64,000 bases of DNA. Source: the human T2T-CHM13v2.0 reference genome, Homo sapiens. The notes below the pieces were generated by a model, which had not been told where the DNA came from, searched no databases, and worked only from the letters and a program-made list of their open reading frames with translations. The stretch is from assembly GCF_009914755.1 (NCBI RefSeq), contig NC_060928.1, one strand, 5' to 3'. Shown here in pieces: positions 1 to 13,789 of this stretch (positions are counted from its first letter, which is position 1; each line of letters starts with the position of its first letter). Both the position numbers and the translations under genes were made by a program.

Positions 1-534
1 CTACAAATTGTAATACTGGGACTAGAGCTTCTCTACCAGGGTAAGGATCAGGAGGAGCTCAGGCAACTAGCTGAAAACTCTGCTTCCAGCATCAAACAGT
101 GAATGCAGTTCACTGCAAGCCAACAAAGACAAGGATCACAGACTTGAGTAAAATGAGATGCTGTAAGAAGGACCAAGAAAGAGAGGGGAGATGTTAGAAA
201 ATAGAATTTCTCCTCTAGGCACATTTGTAATTTTGCACCAACTTGAGAGTAGTCCTTTATGTGTTCAAAACAACATATTGGTTCTATTCAAATTAAGCAA
301 CATGGAAGTGTTGCTGCCAGGGATCTCTATCCTAGACAAAAGACTCCTGGTATACACACAGTAGTCACTTTTATTGCTTTCATGTAGACTACTCAGATAG
401 CTAAACATTCATATCTGCACTTAAATCAATAACCACATTTATGTCTTGGTATCAGTAACATGGGGGTTGGTTGAAGGACAAATTTTGTCCAACTATGGAC
501 AAAAAACCATTTGCGGTGCTTGAAAAATTAAATG

Positions 535-1925
535 TTCTTATGTAAAAGAAAAATTAATTTAAACATAGATCTTATACCTTTAACCAAAAAATCAACTAAA
601 AATGGATAATGGATCTAAATATAAAACACAAAACTATAAAATTCCTACAAGATAATAAAGGAAAAATTATATGATCTTGGATTTGGCAGTCACTTTTTAG
701 ATACAACATGAAAAGCACTATCGATAAAAGAAAAACTTTATCAAAATCAAAATTAAAAACTTCTGTTTGTCAAAAGACAATGTTAAGACAATGAAAATGC
801 AAGTCATACACTGGGGAATATGTTTGCAAAACACATATCTGATAGAGGACTTGTATCCAAAATACAAAGAATTCTTAAAATACAACAGTAGGAAAAGAAA
901 AAAAGCCTAATTTTTTAAAGACAGTTAAAATATTTGAATAGACACCACACACACAAATATTACAGATGGCAAATAAGCAGATGAAAAGTGGCTCAATATG
1001 ATATGTCATTAGGGAATTGCAAATTAAAACAATGAGTTACTACTACACACCTATCAGAATAGCTAAAATCCAAAACACTGGCAAAACCTGAGGGTAAGAA
1101 TATGGCGCAACAGGAACTCTCATTTTTGATGAAAGTGCAAAATTGTACAGCCCTTTGGAAAACAGTCTGACAGTTTCTTGCAAAGCTAAACATAGTCTTA
1201 TCATATGATCCAGAAACTGTACTTTATCCAAATGAGTTGAAAACTTATGTCCATACAAAAACCTGCCCACAAATGTCTAGCAATCATAGTCACAATTTCC
1301 AAAACTTGAAAGCAACCAAGATGTCCTTTAATAGATAAACAGACCAATAAGCTGTGGCTTGGAATTATTCAGCAATAAAAAGAAATAAGCTAACAAGCCA
1401 AGAAATGACATGGAGGGAACTTAAATACATATTGCTAAGTCAAAGAAGCCAGTATAAAAAGGCTACATGCATGTGATTCCAAATATATGACATTCTGGGA
1501 AAGGGAAAACTATAAAGCCAGTAAAAAAAAAAAGTCAGTGGTTCTCCGGGGTCAGGCAGGGAGTGAGGGAAGAAGGAGAGATTAACAAGAGGAGCACAGG
1601 ATATTTTTAGAGCTAAGAAACTATTCTGTATGAAACTGTAATGGTAGATACATGACATTGTACACTTTCCAAAAACCATAGAATGTACAATACAAAGAGT
1701 AAACCTTATAATAAACTATGGACTATAGATAATAATAGTGTTTTAATATTGGTTAATCAGTTGTAACAAATATATCACACTAATGCAAAATATTAATAAC
1801 ATGGAAAACTGTGCAGGGAGAGTGGTGGGCATATGGGAACTCCCTGTATTTACTGCACAATGTTTCTGTAAACCTATATTTTTTCTAAAAAATAAAGTCT
1901 ATTAATACTTTTCAATAAAAAAAAT
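535..1925 (+). mobile_element. L1MC-type LINE-1 3' fragment (ORF2 end + 3'UTR)
   Basis: Degenerate ORF2 motifs (tacagatggcaaataagc, gggaattgcaaattaaaacaatgag) and an L1MC-like 3'UTR (gagcacaggatatttttag...aaactattctgtatg...aaactatggact), ending in an A-rich tail. Confidence 0.85.
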
Positions 1926-2228
1926 TGTGAACGGTTTTATCTTGAGAAAAACAGAACTATGTCTAACAACATCAAGGAAAATCAGTCTTTATAATGTTAA
2001 ACGCATCTAGTTCCACCAAAATTCTCATGCTGTCCTTGAATTAAAAGGATGATTTCAATGTGTATAAAGAAAGGGTATGTTATATTAATCACTGAAATAT
2101 TTTAAGATTCTTTAGCTATTTTAGATGAATTCACAAAAATGAATGCATTGAATAGAATACGGAAATGTTGAGAACAATGACATTAAGTAAAAAAAACAAG
2201 GTAAATGAAAACAGTCAAAAGGTATCAC

Positions 2229-2240
2229 CTGTAACCTTTT
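2229..2240 (-). CDS. Candidate 12-nt microexon AAAAGGTTACAG
   Basis: - strand reads ttactattttttgcctttag|AAAAGGTTACAG|gtgata. UGC lies just upstream of the 3'ss; the donor is only moderate. Open in all phases. Confidence 0.3.
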
Positions 2241-2339
2241 CTAAAGGCAAAAAATAGTAATCTTAACAAAATAAATCTACCCAGCCTTGCAACAGTGTGG
2301 GATAGAGGACAGTATCACCCAAACGGATAAAGATTAAAT

Positions 2340-2700
2340 TACTGCAAACTTTTTGGAGGGCAGAGAATTCTGTATTGAAATTTTAAATGTGTAAACCACA
2401 TTACCCAGCAATCTCATCTAGAAATTTATCCTAAGGAGATAATCAGTCACCGGCAAAAAGATTTATGTACAAGAAGATACATTCAAGTCTTGTATAATTG
2501 GGAAAAATTGGAAGTAACACACATGTCCATCAAAGAGGAAACTATTACATAAATTATGGTCACACATTACAGTGGATTACTATGCAATCATCAACATGGA
2601 GCTGCTATACATCACTTTGACAAAAGAAAAAAAAACCTTGATTACAAATCGAGTTTGTAAAGCAAGTTGTAAAATTACAATATGACATGATTTATATAAA
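2340..2700 (+). mobile_element. Old L1ME-type 3' fragment
   Basis: Degenerate L1 3' motifs (ttacccagcaatctcatctagaaatttatcctaaggag, atgtccatcaa, aattatggt). Confidence 0.6.
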
Positions 2701-2895
2701 ATTATATATCGGTTGTCTGCATAAATATATTTATATGTGTTTCTCTGTTTTTGTTGGGTGCAAAGATAGTTTGCTTTTACTTTTGTACTTTACTTCTTAA
2801 GAATGTACGACTAGAAAAAAAAATCATTAAAACAAGTACCCAAGCAAACAAACAAGACACGGAGGCTTATATGTGGGGACCTCCATGAAGGAGAC

Positions 2896-3281
2896 TCATA
2901 TGGTTTGGCTCTGTGTTTCCACCCAAATCCCATGTTAACATGTGATTCCCAGTGTTAGGGAGGGACCTGATGGGAGGTAGGACTTGGTCATGGGGGGTGG
3001 ATTTCCCTTTTGCTGTTCTTGTGATAATGGGTGAGTTCTCACAAGATCTGATACTTTAAAAGTGTATGGCACTTCCCCCTTCGCTCTCTCTATTTTCTGC
3101 TGCCATGTGAAGATGTGCTTGCTTCCTCTTTGCCTTCTGCTATGATTTTAAGTGTCCTGAGGCCTCCCAGCCATGCTTCCTGCTAAGCCTGCAGAATCGT
3201 GAGTCAATTAAATCTCTTTTCTTCATAAGTTACCCAGTCACAGGTAGTTTCTTTATAGCAGCGTGAGAATGGACTAATACA
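2896..3281 (+). mobile_element. MSTA-like MaLR solo LTR
   Basis: Runs tatggtttggctctgtgtttccacccaaatc...ttctttatagcagcgtgagaatggactaataca; flanks gagac/gagat resemble a TSD. Confidence 0.9.
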
Positions 3282-3319
3282 GAGATGTAGCCATGCGGAT
3301 TAGCCTACTTCATCAAATT

Positions 3320-3340
3320 AGCAGCAGCAGCAGCAGCAGC
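3320..3340 (+). repeat. (AGC)7 trinucleotide microsatellite
   Basis: agcagcagcagcagcagcagc read directly. Confidence 0.9.
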
Positions 3341-3559
3341 ATCAATATTGTAGCCACAGTTCCTTGTAGTAGGATTTGGAATTACAAATATCATTACCAA
3401 TTTCTGGAAACCTCATTAAGCAACACAGTCTTCCTCTTACTACCCTTCTGTCATTTGTATAGTCCTAGAAATCCCACCGTATGGCAGGTGGGATCTACCC
3501 CCACAGCCTGAGTGGTTTATTTGGAAGAGGAATTTTGTCATGCTGTATGTGTTCTATCT

Positions 3560-4030
3560 GCTCCCCAAATCACCTACTTAGAAACCTTTAATGAGTTCCC
3601 ATTGCTGTTATGGTAAAGATAAAATGTTTTAAAGCCCTGCATGAGTGGCTGATAGACATCCTCTCCAACTTCACAGTAAGCCACATTCTTTGCTGCAATC
3701 CAGCCACACTAGTCTTCCTTCAGTCCCTCACACTTGCTGGGCTCCCTCCTGCTACGGGCTCTTCACGCAGGCTGTTCCTTCTTTCTCTTCCACTTCCCCT
3801 TCCCCTAGTTAACTTCTGCTTATCCTCTACACCTTACCTCAGGCATAGTGTCCTCAGGAGAACCCCTTTTGACCTCCCTTACTAGTAGAAATCCCCCATT
3901 ACGATATGATAAGCCGCAAGAGTACAAAGAGAATATCTAGTTTTGCTTACTATTGCACTACAAGGACACAGCCTGATACACGGAAGGAATTTAACAAATT
4001 ATTCATTTAATGAATACATGAATCAATCAA
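3560..4030 (+). mobile_element. L2 3' fragment
   Basis: Pyrimidine-rich L2 3' sequence ending in a ...ttcatttaatgaatacatgaat tail. Confidence 0.7.
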
Positions 4031-4730
4031 CCAACCAACCAATCAATCTCGAAGCTGACAGAACTCTCAGATCCTCCATTACTGGACCCAGTTTAGCACA
4101 GGAGGCTATGATGTTTACATTTTACATTATATTTACAACAAGAAATTATATATATACAATCATGGACCTTATAAAGAAGTACTTTCAAATACCAGAAAAA
4201 TTAGAGTAAAAGGTATTTCCTCTTAGTACTAAACATTATTTTGGCCCCAACATACTTGAAATTAGAATTAATGCCATTATTGACTCAATTAACTAAATGT
4301 GTCATTGTTGAAAACCTCCAAGACAGCAATAGAAAAAAATGACAGTGTTTCTTTTGCTGACTTTCAGTTTGATGATCTAGGCAGGTGCCTTTTTAAATAT
4401 CTTTCCAGCTACTGAATGTATAAAATATAGCAAATGACACTACAGAAACCATCACTCATCAAAGATACTCATGATTTGATATAACCTTTAAAGCTTTCAT
4501 TGTAGGTTGCTATCTTAAATGATGATAGGACCAAAAAAAAAAAAAATGAATCGACAGAGTAAAAAAAAAACTTTTTCTTCAAAAAATCTTTTGTTTGCTT
4601 TATCAAGATGTCATGAAGCTGAAGGCCTCTGATATGGACAGTCATGCCCTGACAGTGAGATTAAGGATAAAATCAAGATTTTCAGACAACATATAGAACT
4701 TCTTGAAGAGTTTCTTCAGTGTCTGGTTTA

Positions 4731-5165
<435 letters not shown>

Positions 5166-5661
5166 TTAGGTGGAGGACCACATTTGAGTGTATGAAGAAC
5201 CCTTACAAATGTGGATAAAATTAGCTATGCTTTAGATCCCCTGACTGTTGGAATTAGTCAGCAGCAGAAAGATAAATATGGATTTTGGCACCCAGAACTG
5301 GAACAGGTTTTTTGAGGAGAAAAGCTGTTATGTAAACTATAAGTAAAAAGTAAGCCCAGAGACAACAAACAATAAGCCCTATTGATTCATCTTTGTCTGA
5401 CAGTATTTTCAAAATAACTTGCCTCAGAGAAAGCAATCTCAATTCAGGTTATAGTTAAATATGAAGGGCAATGATGACATTTGAGAAAGGGTTAAAGTTT
5501 CTATAATCATTAAGAAAATACACTTTCTAGAAATCTTACCTTTTGGCACATTTCGGTGTCTGCACTGAACTACTTCTGCCTTGATTTTACACATGACTGG
5601 ACTTCAGTGAGTCATCAGTATAGCCACTCCTCAGTTGTTTCTGTCCTTTTTTTGCAGTTAC

Positions 5662-5757
5662 CTGTAGGCTGGTTGGCCACCAGCAACTCCACTCAAGTAT
5701 TCATCGTAGCTGAATGCATACCAGTATAAGGAAGACGTGGAATGAGAAGGTTCCTTT
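5662..5757 (-). CDS. Candidate 96-nt cassette exon (KEPSHSTSSLYWYAFSYDEYLSGVAGGQPAY)
   Basis: Acceptor tactCTGACtttttccccttaaccag has a consensus branch point; donor is CAG|gtaact. Length is a multiple of 3 and only the phase 2->2 frame is open. Non-repetitive sequence that retains CpGs. Confidence 0.45.
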
Positions 5758-6185
5758 CTGGTTAAGGGGAAAAAGTCAGAGTACTTACTAGGATGAAAGA
5801 GCTTTACACTGGAATGAGAATGGATTAAAGAAGGAGGAGAATTCATTCGGCACAGTCTTCTGTAATTGATTGGACAGAGATTATTTAAATTCCTTTAAGA
5901 TTATGTTTATACTTCTAATTAGGTCATGGTTAGGGTTCTAGAAAACAATTCCCAAAGAAAAAATGTCTGCCTTCTATATAGAAGAGTTAATTGCCACTTC
6001 AATATACACTCCATTGTTCCAAACCAGCTACGAGTATGTTCAAAAGAAAAGACCCATTCCAACCTGTCAGCAGGATTCACACATTTTATATGAAGGAATT
6101 TGCAAATTACAGAGCACTTAACATGCCAGGTCTTCTGAATTTTGCTAAACTTACTTGATAACCACTTATTTAAAATAAAAGGGAT

Positions 6186-6486
6186 TGGTGGGGCATGGTG
6201 GCTCACGCCTGTAATCCCAGCACTTTGGGAGGCCAAGGTGGGTGGATCACTTGAGCCCAGGAGTTCATGAACAGCCTGGGCTACGTGGCAAAACCCTGCC
6301 TTTACAAAGATTAGCCAGGCATGGTGGCACATGCTTGCAGACCCAGCTACCTGAGAGGCTGAGGTGGGAGAGTCACCTTCAGCCAGGGGGGTTGTGGCTG
6401 CAGTGAGCCAAGATTGCACCTTTGCACCCGCAAGCCTGGGCAACGGAGAGAGATTCTGCCTCAAAAATATAAAAATAAAAAAAAAA
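6186..6486 (+). mobile_element. AluJ
   Basis: Divergent Alu dimer with J diagnostics (ttgagcccaggagttc, ggctgcagtgagc) and an A tail. Confidence 0.95.
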
Positions 6487-7099
6487 GGCACAAGAAATTA
6501 CAGTAATAGATGGACACAATTGCTTTCACTGGCATTTCTTTCCTGAGCACTTACAGTTTTGCTTTTTTCTAATAAACAATATCATACTTATTGGCTAGAA
6601 TTTTACTGTAATTTACCTAAATTCTTGACACATTTCTTGAATTAAAAAATACCTACATATTTCAAATGATGAAGAAAATAAAGCTGGATGGGAACTAGTA
6701 TCTTCTGACATTGCAATTCTGTTTCTGTCATCTTAGATATCATGGTTGAGTTCTCTTTCACCTGCAAACTTCACACAAGGAAATATTCTTTTTATGAAAG
6801 TCTCCTGAGCATCCATTAGTGTTCCACTACTTATCTTCCAATCCTGCTTTCTCCTACAGAGAAAATGGGGTTACTTCCTGAACTCAAGTCTACCTTTACT
6901 ATCATTAAAGCAATACAATGAGTTGCAAATGTATACATAAGAAGACCAGACATTTGAAATGGGTGCTCTCACATGTTTGGGAAGATAAAATATTTCAAAC
7001 TTCCAAGATGGTAATATATAAGGGTGTAAAAAGCTATATCCCTATGTCCAATAATTATACATCTAGAATTTTATATTATCAGAATAATTAGCAATGGGC

Positions 7100-7500
7100 T
7101 AAAAATTTTTCTCACGAAGTCTACTGCTAAGTAGTGGCTGGCACTGCTTTTGGTTTTCAACAATGCCTCAAGGATCACAGGATTTTTCTATATTTCTCCT
7201 CTAATATCCTTAGAATATTGCTTATAGTCTTATAGTTGAAAGATGGTAGACATGGCTCAGATATCATGTTTTCTTTCAAAGCAGAAATAAGGAGGATAAC
7301 AATCAAGAATCTCAATGCATCAGTCTGGTTTTTTATAAGCAAAAACTTCCCAGAAATCCAGTACTAGATTTCAACTTAAATCCCACAGGCCATAATTGAG
7401 TTACACTGCTAAGTCTAGCTAAAAGAAAAGTGCAAAAAGTATTTCTTTTCCAGCCTCAATTCCTAGAAGTGGCAAGGGAGAAGGAGGTAGAAATGAATGC
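7100..7500. mobile_element. LTR33-like ERVL LTR fragment
   Basis: aagatggtagacatggctcag...cttcccagaaatcc...ggccataattgagttacactgc resembles LTR33; highly diverged. Confidence 0.5.
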
Positions 7501-7526
7501 TGAGTTAGCCTAACAGTACTGGCTCC

Positions 7527-8037
7527 TATATTAGTCAAGGTTCTCCAAAGAAACAGAACCAATAGAAGATACTGTAAACTGATACATAGAAAGAGATTTA
7601 TTGTGAAGAATTGGCTCATATGATATGGAAGCCATGAAGCCCCAAAATTTGCTGTCTGCAAGCTGAAAGGTGAGGAAAGGCAGTGGTGAAATTCAGACTG
7701 ATGGCCTGAGAACCAGGGAGGCCAATGGTGTAAATCCAGGTCAAGTCTTATGGCCCAAGAACCAGGAGTGCTAATGCTGGAGGACAGGATACAGTGAATG
7801 TTACAGTTCAAGCAGAGAAGGTGATTTTGCCCTTTCTCTTCCCCTTTGGTTGTAATCATGCAGTCAATGGATTGGATGATGCCTGCCTACTTTGGTGAGG
7901 GTAATCTGCTTTACCTGCTCAACCTTTTCAAATGCTAATCTCTTATATTCTAATAGGTACTTCCAGAAATACTGTTTTATCAACTATCAGGGTATCACTT
8001 AGCCCAGTCAAGTTGACAAATAAAATTAGCCATTACA
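7527..8037 (-). mobile_element. MLT2 (ERVL) solo LTR
   Basis: tattagtcaaggttctccaaagaaacagaaccaatag...gcccagtcaagttgacaaataaaattagccattaca is the reverse complement of the MLT2 termini. Confidence 0.9.
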
Positions 8038-8514
8038 ACCACAAAACTTTTATCTTTGAAAAAAGTCACATAAGAACAGGGACTTTATCTATTGGCTTTC
8101 GTATCCCTGAGGTAGAGCACACTGCTTGGCACAGAGTAATGTCCAATAAGTGGTAGACGGATGAATGGATTGGTAAATGAATGGAATATAGGTAGTCGTT
8201 AAAAGTATATTATCAAAGGATATTGAAAGCATTGGAGGCTATTCCCAATTAAATATTAAATGAAAAAAGCAGAATGCAAACATATATATGATCTCAATCC
8301 TAAAACATACACATACAAATAAGTTTGAAAATAAATTCCAGGTTGTTAAAAGTGGTTCTCTCTAGTTAGTATTATTATGAGTTACAACCCTGCTGCACAT
8401 CAGTATCTACATTGTAAAATAGATGAATCCCCAACTCAGGTCATGATGATAATAAAATGAAATGAATATATCTCATTTGTTAGGTATCCAAAAGCATATA
8501 TTTTCCTCCCTTTC

Positions 8515-8645
8515 TTATTTTTTATTAAGGTTCTGTCCAGTTTTTAAATTTTGTGATTCAGCCTTGTTTTCTTTCCATCCTGATTCCCTCAATCTCTGCT
8601 CTACATAACTTATAAAGCTTATGGTTACATTTTTCTGATCCTCTA
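8515..8645 (-). CDS. Candidate terminal coding exon (xEDQKNVTISFISYVEQRLRESGWKENKAESQNLKTGQNLNKK*)
   Basis: Acceptor tattgttttccag|TAG|AG (NAGNAG). Open for 43 codons in phase 1 up to TAA, with AATAAA overlapping the last codons; phase 2 is also open for about 29 codons. Unique sequence. Confidence 0.35.
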
Positions 8646-8799
8646 CTGGAAAACAATATTGTCTATGAAATGGTAAAATTAAATTGGTGACAATCTTTAT
8701 ATTTCTGAGAAGCAATGCATCTGCTTTTTCTAATTGAAATAGCATTATTCCCTACTAGAAAATATTTTCATGGTATAATTATTCAGTCTTTTAATAAGC

Positions 8800-9049
8800 A
8801 CAGTGTGTCACTCACTCTATCAGACTGATGTAATACAGTCCTTACTATCCAGGGGCTGACATTCCAGAAAAAAACAAACAGATGTACCAAAAATTATTGG
8901 TAAATTAGGTAGATGCACCAGTGAACAGTGTGTCACTCACTCTATCAGACTAATGTAATACAGTCCTTACACTCGAGGGGCTTACATTCCAGAAAAAGAC
9001 AAACAGACGTACCAAAAATTACTGGTAAATTAGACAGATGCACTGGTAA
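8800..9049 (+). repeat. Tandem duplication, 2 x ~125 bp
   Basis: The unit acagtgtgtcactcactctatcagact...ggtaaattag..agatgcac starts at 8800 and at 8925; about 88-90% identical by eye. Confidence 0.95.
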
Positions 9050-9745
9050 TGCTAAAGCTACACTGAGGGTATAGGCACAGCATGGAGAAAAGCTACAGGA
9101 TCAACCTAAGGGCAGGAAGGATCAAGGCAGCCTTATAGAGGAGGTGACAGAAGAGCAGGTCTGTATTTTAGGAACAGTTAAACTGAGTGGAAGCAAAGGG
9201 GTAAAGCATTAAAGAAGAAAAAGAGGATGTCTTCTGAAGAATTTCTTATTTCTATGTAAAGAAACCTTTTTTTTTCCTTCAATCAGTTTACTTACAAACC
9301 TACTTCAAAATCCAGAAGTTTCTGATTTAAAAAAACATACTTCACTCTTTCAGAAAAGAAAGGTCTTAAAGCTGATAATAAGATGTCTTTCCAGGCAGAG
9401 ATTTGTGTCTTAATTTATGCTTATGCAAATCAGGCCATATTTCAGAGACATTGCTTCAATTCTTTTAAAAACCTGGGACACGATTACAAGTTGCATGCTT
9501 GCTGCAAAGAAATAATTCCACATTATCTTTCATTGCAGCACAACCATAATTAAAATCCCAGCTGTATCAATGGCTTTAGAAATTCATATGGTAGGTTTCA
9601 GCAGCTCACATAAAATATGGACACTTTTCTATTCAATAATATAGAATTATGCATCTGTGGCTAGTAATTTCTCTTACAAATTTGCCATCTCTTTCACCAC
9701 ATTTACAATGCTCATAGACTAAGATCCTCAAAAAAGGTCAATAGA

Positions 9746-10280
<535 letters not shown>

Positions 10281-10964
10281 TTTTAATTATTTTTAATCAT
10301 CAGTGTATGCCAGGACTAACATGATTCCTGGCACTCAACAGATAGTAAATATGTCTTCCATAAATAAATGAAAAACATCATTAACAGATTTTTTTTTCCC
10401 ATCTTATTCTTGTATGTTTCTCAGACTCTCCTTCTCTTACTTTCCCATGCCACATTCCCTTCTAAAAAGAATAAGATAAGGATTTCTTATTCTTTCTCCC
10501 TCTTTCATTCTCATTTCAGATGTCCAGTCAATACTCAACATAGTATGAAACCTTGGATTAGACACTGTGAAATGTCTCAGATCTCACTCATCACATTAAA
10601 AGATCGGCTTAGTTAAAAACATATAAATCTGTTTTTTTCCAAGTACTATTCTTTAGAACACAAAACAGTTTAGGCGACTACATAAGCAAGATAAGGGAAG
10701 ATTACAACCTTCTTGGCACAATTTTGGCAATCTCCAAAATCAGTTTACTATGTAGGCAATGGCCAATATTCTTTAAACTAGGTTACTTATAATTTTTTTA
10801 GATGACTGCACAGGCTTTTACTATACCCTAACAGGTAGACCCAAATTTAAAGTGAAGATTAACGCAAAAATGCATATAGATGTGCTTGTTGAATGGAAAG
10901 GACAATCAAGCTGCAGAGGAGAGAACAGCGGGCTGACCTAAAGACTGCTAGCTCCCACCTTTTC

Positions 10965-11705
10965 TTCTGCAGTTTGCTTGCCATTCTCTCGGCCTTCACA
11001 GAATCAGAGTTAGTGTCTTACTCTACAGTAAGGGAATGCTGGCTGAAGGGAATGTTGTGGCTGGTTTGATCTTCCATGCAGACCACTTAAGCTTTCTCCA
11101 TATCACTAATAAGGTTGTTACACTTTCTTATCATTGTGTGTTCACTGGTGTAGCACTTTTAATTTTCTTCAAGCTCTTTATCTTTTCATTCACAACTTGG
11201 CTGTTTGGTGCAAGAGACATAGCTTTTGGTCTGTCTTGGGTTTTGACATGCCTTCCTCACTAATCCTAATCATTTCTAGCTCTTGTTGAAAGTCAGAGAC
11301 ATGTGACTCATTTCACTTGAACACTTAAAGGCCACTATAGGGAGGCTTGAGGTGAGGGTGAGAGATGTGGGGGGAGGCTGATTGGTGGAGCAGTCAGAAC
11401 ACATATAACATTAATCAATTAAGTTTGCCATCTTCTATGCGTGTGGTTCATGCTCCCCCAAAAAACAATTACAGGAGTAACATCAAAGATAACTGATCAC
11501 AGATCATCATAACAGATATAATAACAATGAAAAAGTTTTAAATATTGTGAGAATTGCCAAAATGTGACACAGAGACATGAAGTGAGCGCATGCTGTCAGA
11601 AAATGATGCTAAGATTGTTTGATACAAGGTTGTCACAAAACTTCAATTTATTTTAAAAAATTATCTGCAAAGTGAAATAAAGTGCAATAAAACAAGGTAT
11701 GCCTA
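10965..11705 (-). mobile_element. Tigger1 5' fragment (Tc1/mariner)
   Basis: Ends in tgcaataaaacaaggtatgccta (reverse complement of the Tigger1 TIR) and contains transposase-region remnants (gacatgccttcctcactaa, ggaatgttgtggctggtttgatcttc). Confidence 0.9.
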
Positions 11706-13279
11706 TAATTTTAAAGTATTATGACATTCATTCACCTGAATTGTTTATATTTTACATTAAGAGACCTCAGAATTAGAAAGTTAAGCATTGTGTCAATTAT
11801 TTCCACGAAGCAAAGGATATAAGACAATAAAGAGTCAGACAATGTGGCCAGTAGAGATGAGCAGGGGCGGCCTGCTGAGGAACAAAAGGTGTATGCTGGG
11901 AGTGTGAGGTAAGAAACAAGGAAGACAGAACTCCAGAAAGTATCTGAGGCAGGGGATAAAGTGCTAGGAAATTCTACACAAAAGTGACAAAGATAGAAAT
12001 CAAGGTAGCCTAGGAAAGTACATACAAATGAAGGAAGATAAATTAGAAAGATAAGTAAGAAATGAAGGGGGTGGAGGAACAGGAGTAAAACAACAGTCAA
12101 TGAGTCAGGAAACAAGTGCAATGTGAAGGCATCAAGAGATTGCTGTGAGATGCCTCTGTTCCTGGTTTCTCACTCGGTGAGCCAAAGACCCCTGGGCTTC
12201 CACAGTAGCCAAATGCTAGTAATTATAGGATCTGTATCTTCAGATTCCAGGTTCTCTTGAGCTCACCTGGATTACAGTTGTCTACCGAAAACCTTTTATT
12301 GCCAAATCCAACTGAAAGCCAGAAGTAAGGGAGTACTTTGAAATAATCTATAAAAACTGGCTTCCTGGTGCACAGAACCAGGTGGAAAGCCTACTGGGAA
12401 GGCAGAACAGACGGTGAGCCTCACACAAGGTTTGTCAGTCATGACAACAATAGATTATTTAACAAAACCATATTGTTTGCCTGTCTTTACTTTAAGGGAT
12501 TATACCAAATCCCTCGGAGATTATACTTAATCTCTTTCTCACTCACCAGAAAACATCCTTTGTTTTCACAACTCAGCAAGGGTTGGAGGAAGTATTTTGT
12601 GTCTCTCTCTCTCTACTCCTTACTCATTCATTTTCTTCTATATCCTCTTCCCCCTACCTCTAAGGGGAGTGATTATGTGGTTGGAGTGATTGAGACTGCA
12701 GAAATTGCTGCCACTGGTTGCAATTATTGTTTCTCTGAAACAAGACACAGATTTACCACTCATAATTCCCTCACACGCTACTTGATGGATGTACCAGAAA
12801 AGAAAATCCAGTTATTTTGTGGACCGTGCATGTTCCTTTCCTAACCCCCACAGGAAGCACACCAGAGTCAGGCCCTCAACCTTCATTCCTGAGTTAAGAC
12901 TGGAACTGTCTCTTCTCATGTTCTGTGGTGCTCTCTAGCTGGCTCATTTAGGAGTGCATGGGGTGCACAATGTTCCATGCAGCCAAATGGTAAATGTACT
13001 CAGAAGCTCTCCCAGCAATGGTTCCCAAGGCTAAGATTTGCAAAAAGGTTGTAGGGCCACCACCCCTACTTCAGCCTTAAGACAAAATCATGCTGTCAAC
13101 AGTTTCACCAGAGAGTAATGCACTTTGAACCTGAGGGAACTTCATTTATAAAGTTTATTTTCTTTAGCCTTAATGACCCATGTATCTACTGTTGATGTTT
13201 TCTACTGGGACCAAGACAAAGAAGAAACCTATGTGATTTTCATCTCACTCCATTAGTACATGTGAGAAACACAAAGTAC

Positions 13280-13620
13280 TAATGCTGGCTATGTGCCAGG
13301 CAATGGGAATACAGAAATGAATGAAAAGTGATGCTTTTCACCAAGGACCTCACATTCTAGTGAGGGATATAAAAACTGTATTAGGACTAACAGGAGTGAA
13401 AGGAGCACCAACAGAGAAGTACTTAATTCTGACTGGAGGAAGTCAAAGATCACTTTTGGTTTGGGTCTTGAAGAATGTGTGTCAGGTTCTTAAATTGAAA
13501 AGGAGAGAAGGGCCTTCCTGGCAAAGGAGGTAACATGCAGAAGCAGCAAGCGGCATGGAAAGATGTAGAATATCTGTAAATCACTGGGTTGGTTGAGTAC
13601 ATGGGATGACTGTGAAAGAA
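13280..13620 (-). mobile_element. L2 fragment
   Basis: ctatgtgccaggcaatgggaatacagaaatgaat...cacattctagtgaggga...ggagcacc. Confidence 0.7.
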
Positions 13621-13789
13621 AGAGAAATAATCCTTGAGAAAAGACTTGTCTCCAACATTTGCAGGACTCAGTAAAAACATAAATGAGGCCCACACACCAC
13701 ATGTTTAAGTATTTAAAAGGTATAAATCAAACGAAGCTACTGTTAAACAAAATTATGCTCTAGCCTCCTCCATTTACAAATAAGCAGTC

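Noticed and set aside
3320-3340. CAG repeat as a polyQ or expansion locus
   Set aside because: Only 7 units and not in a supported exon.
4608-4725. + strand exon-like segment after ttttgtttgctttatcaag
   Set aside because: AAG acceptor, stops in all frames, and no good donor.
12368-12844. 158-aa + strand ORF in unique sequence
   Set aside because: GTG start, no recognisable domain, and no convincing flanking splice sites or promoter.
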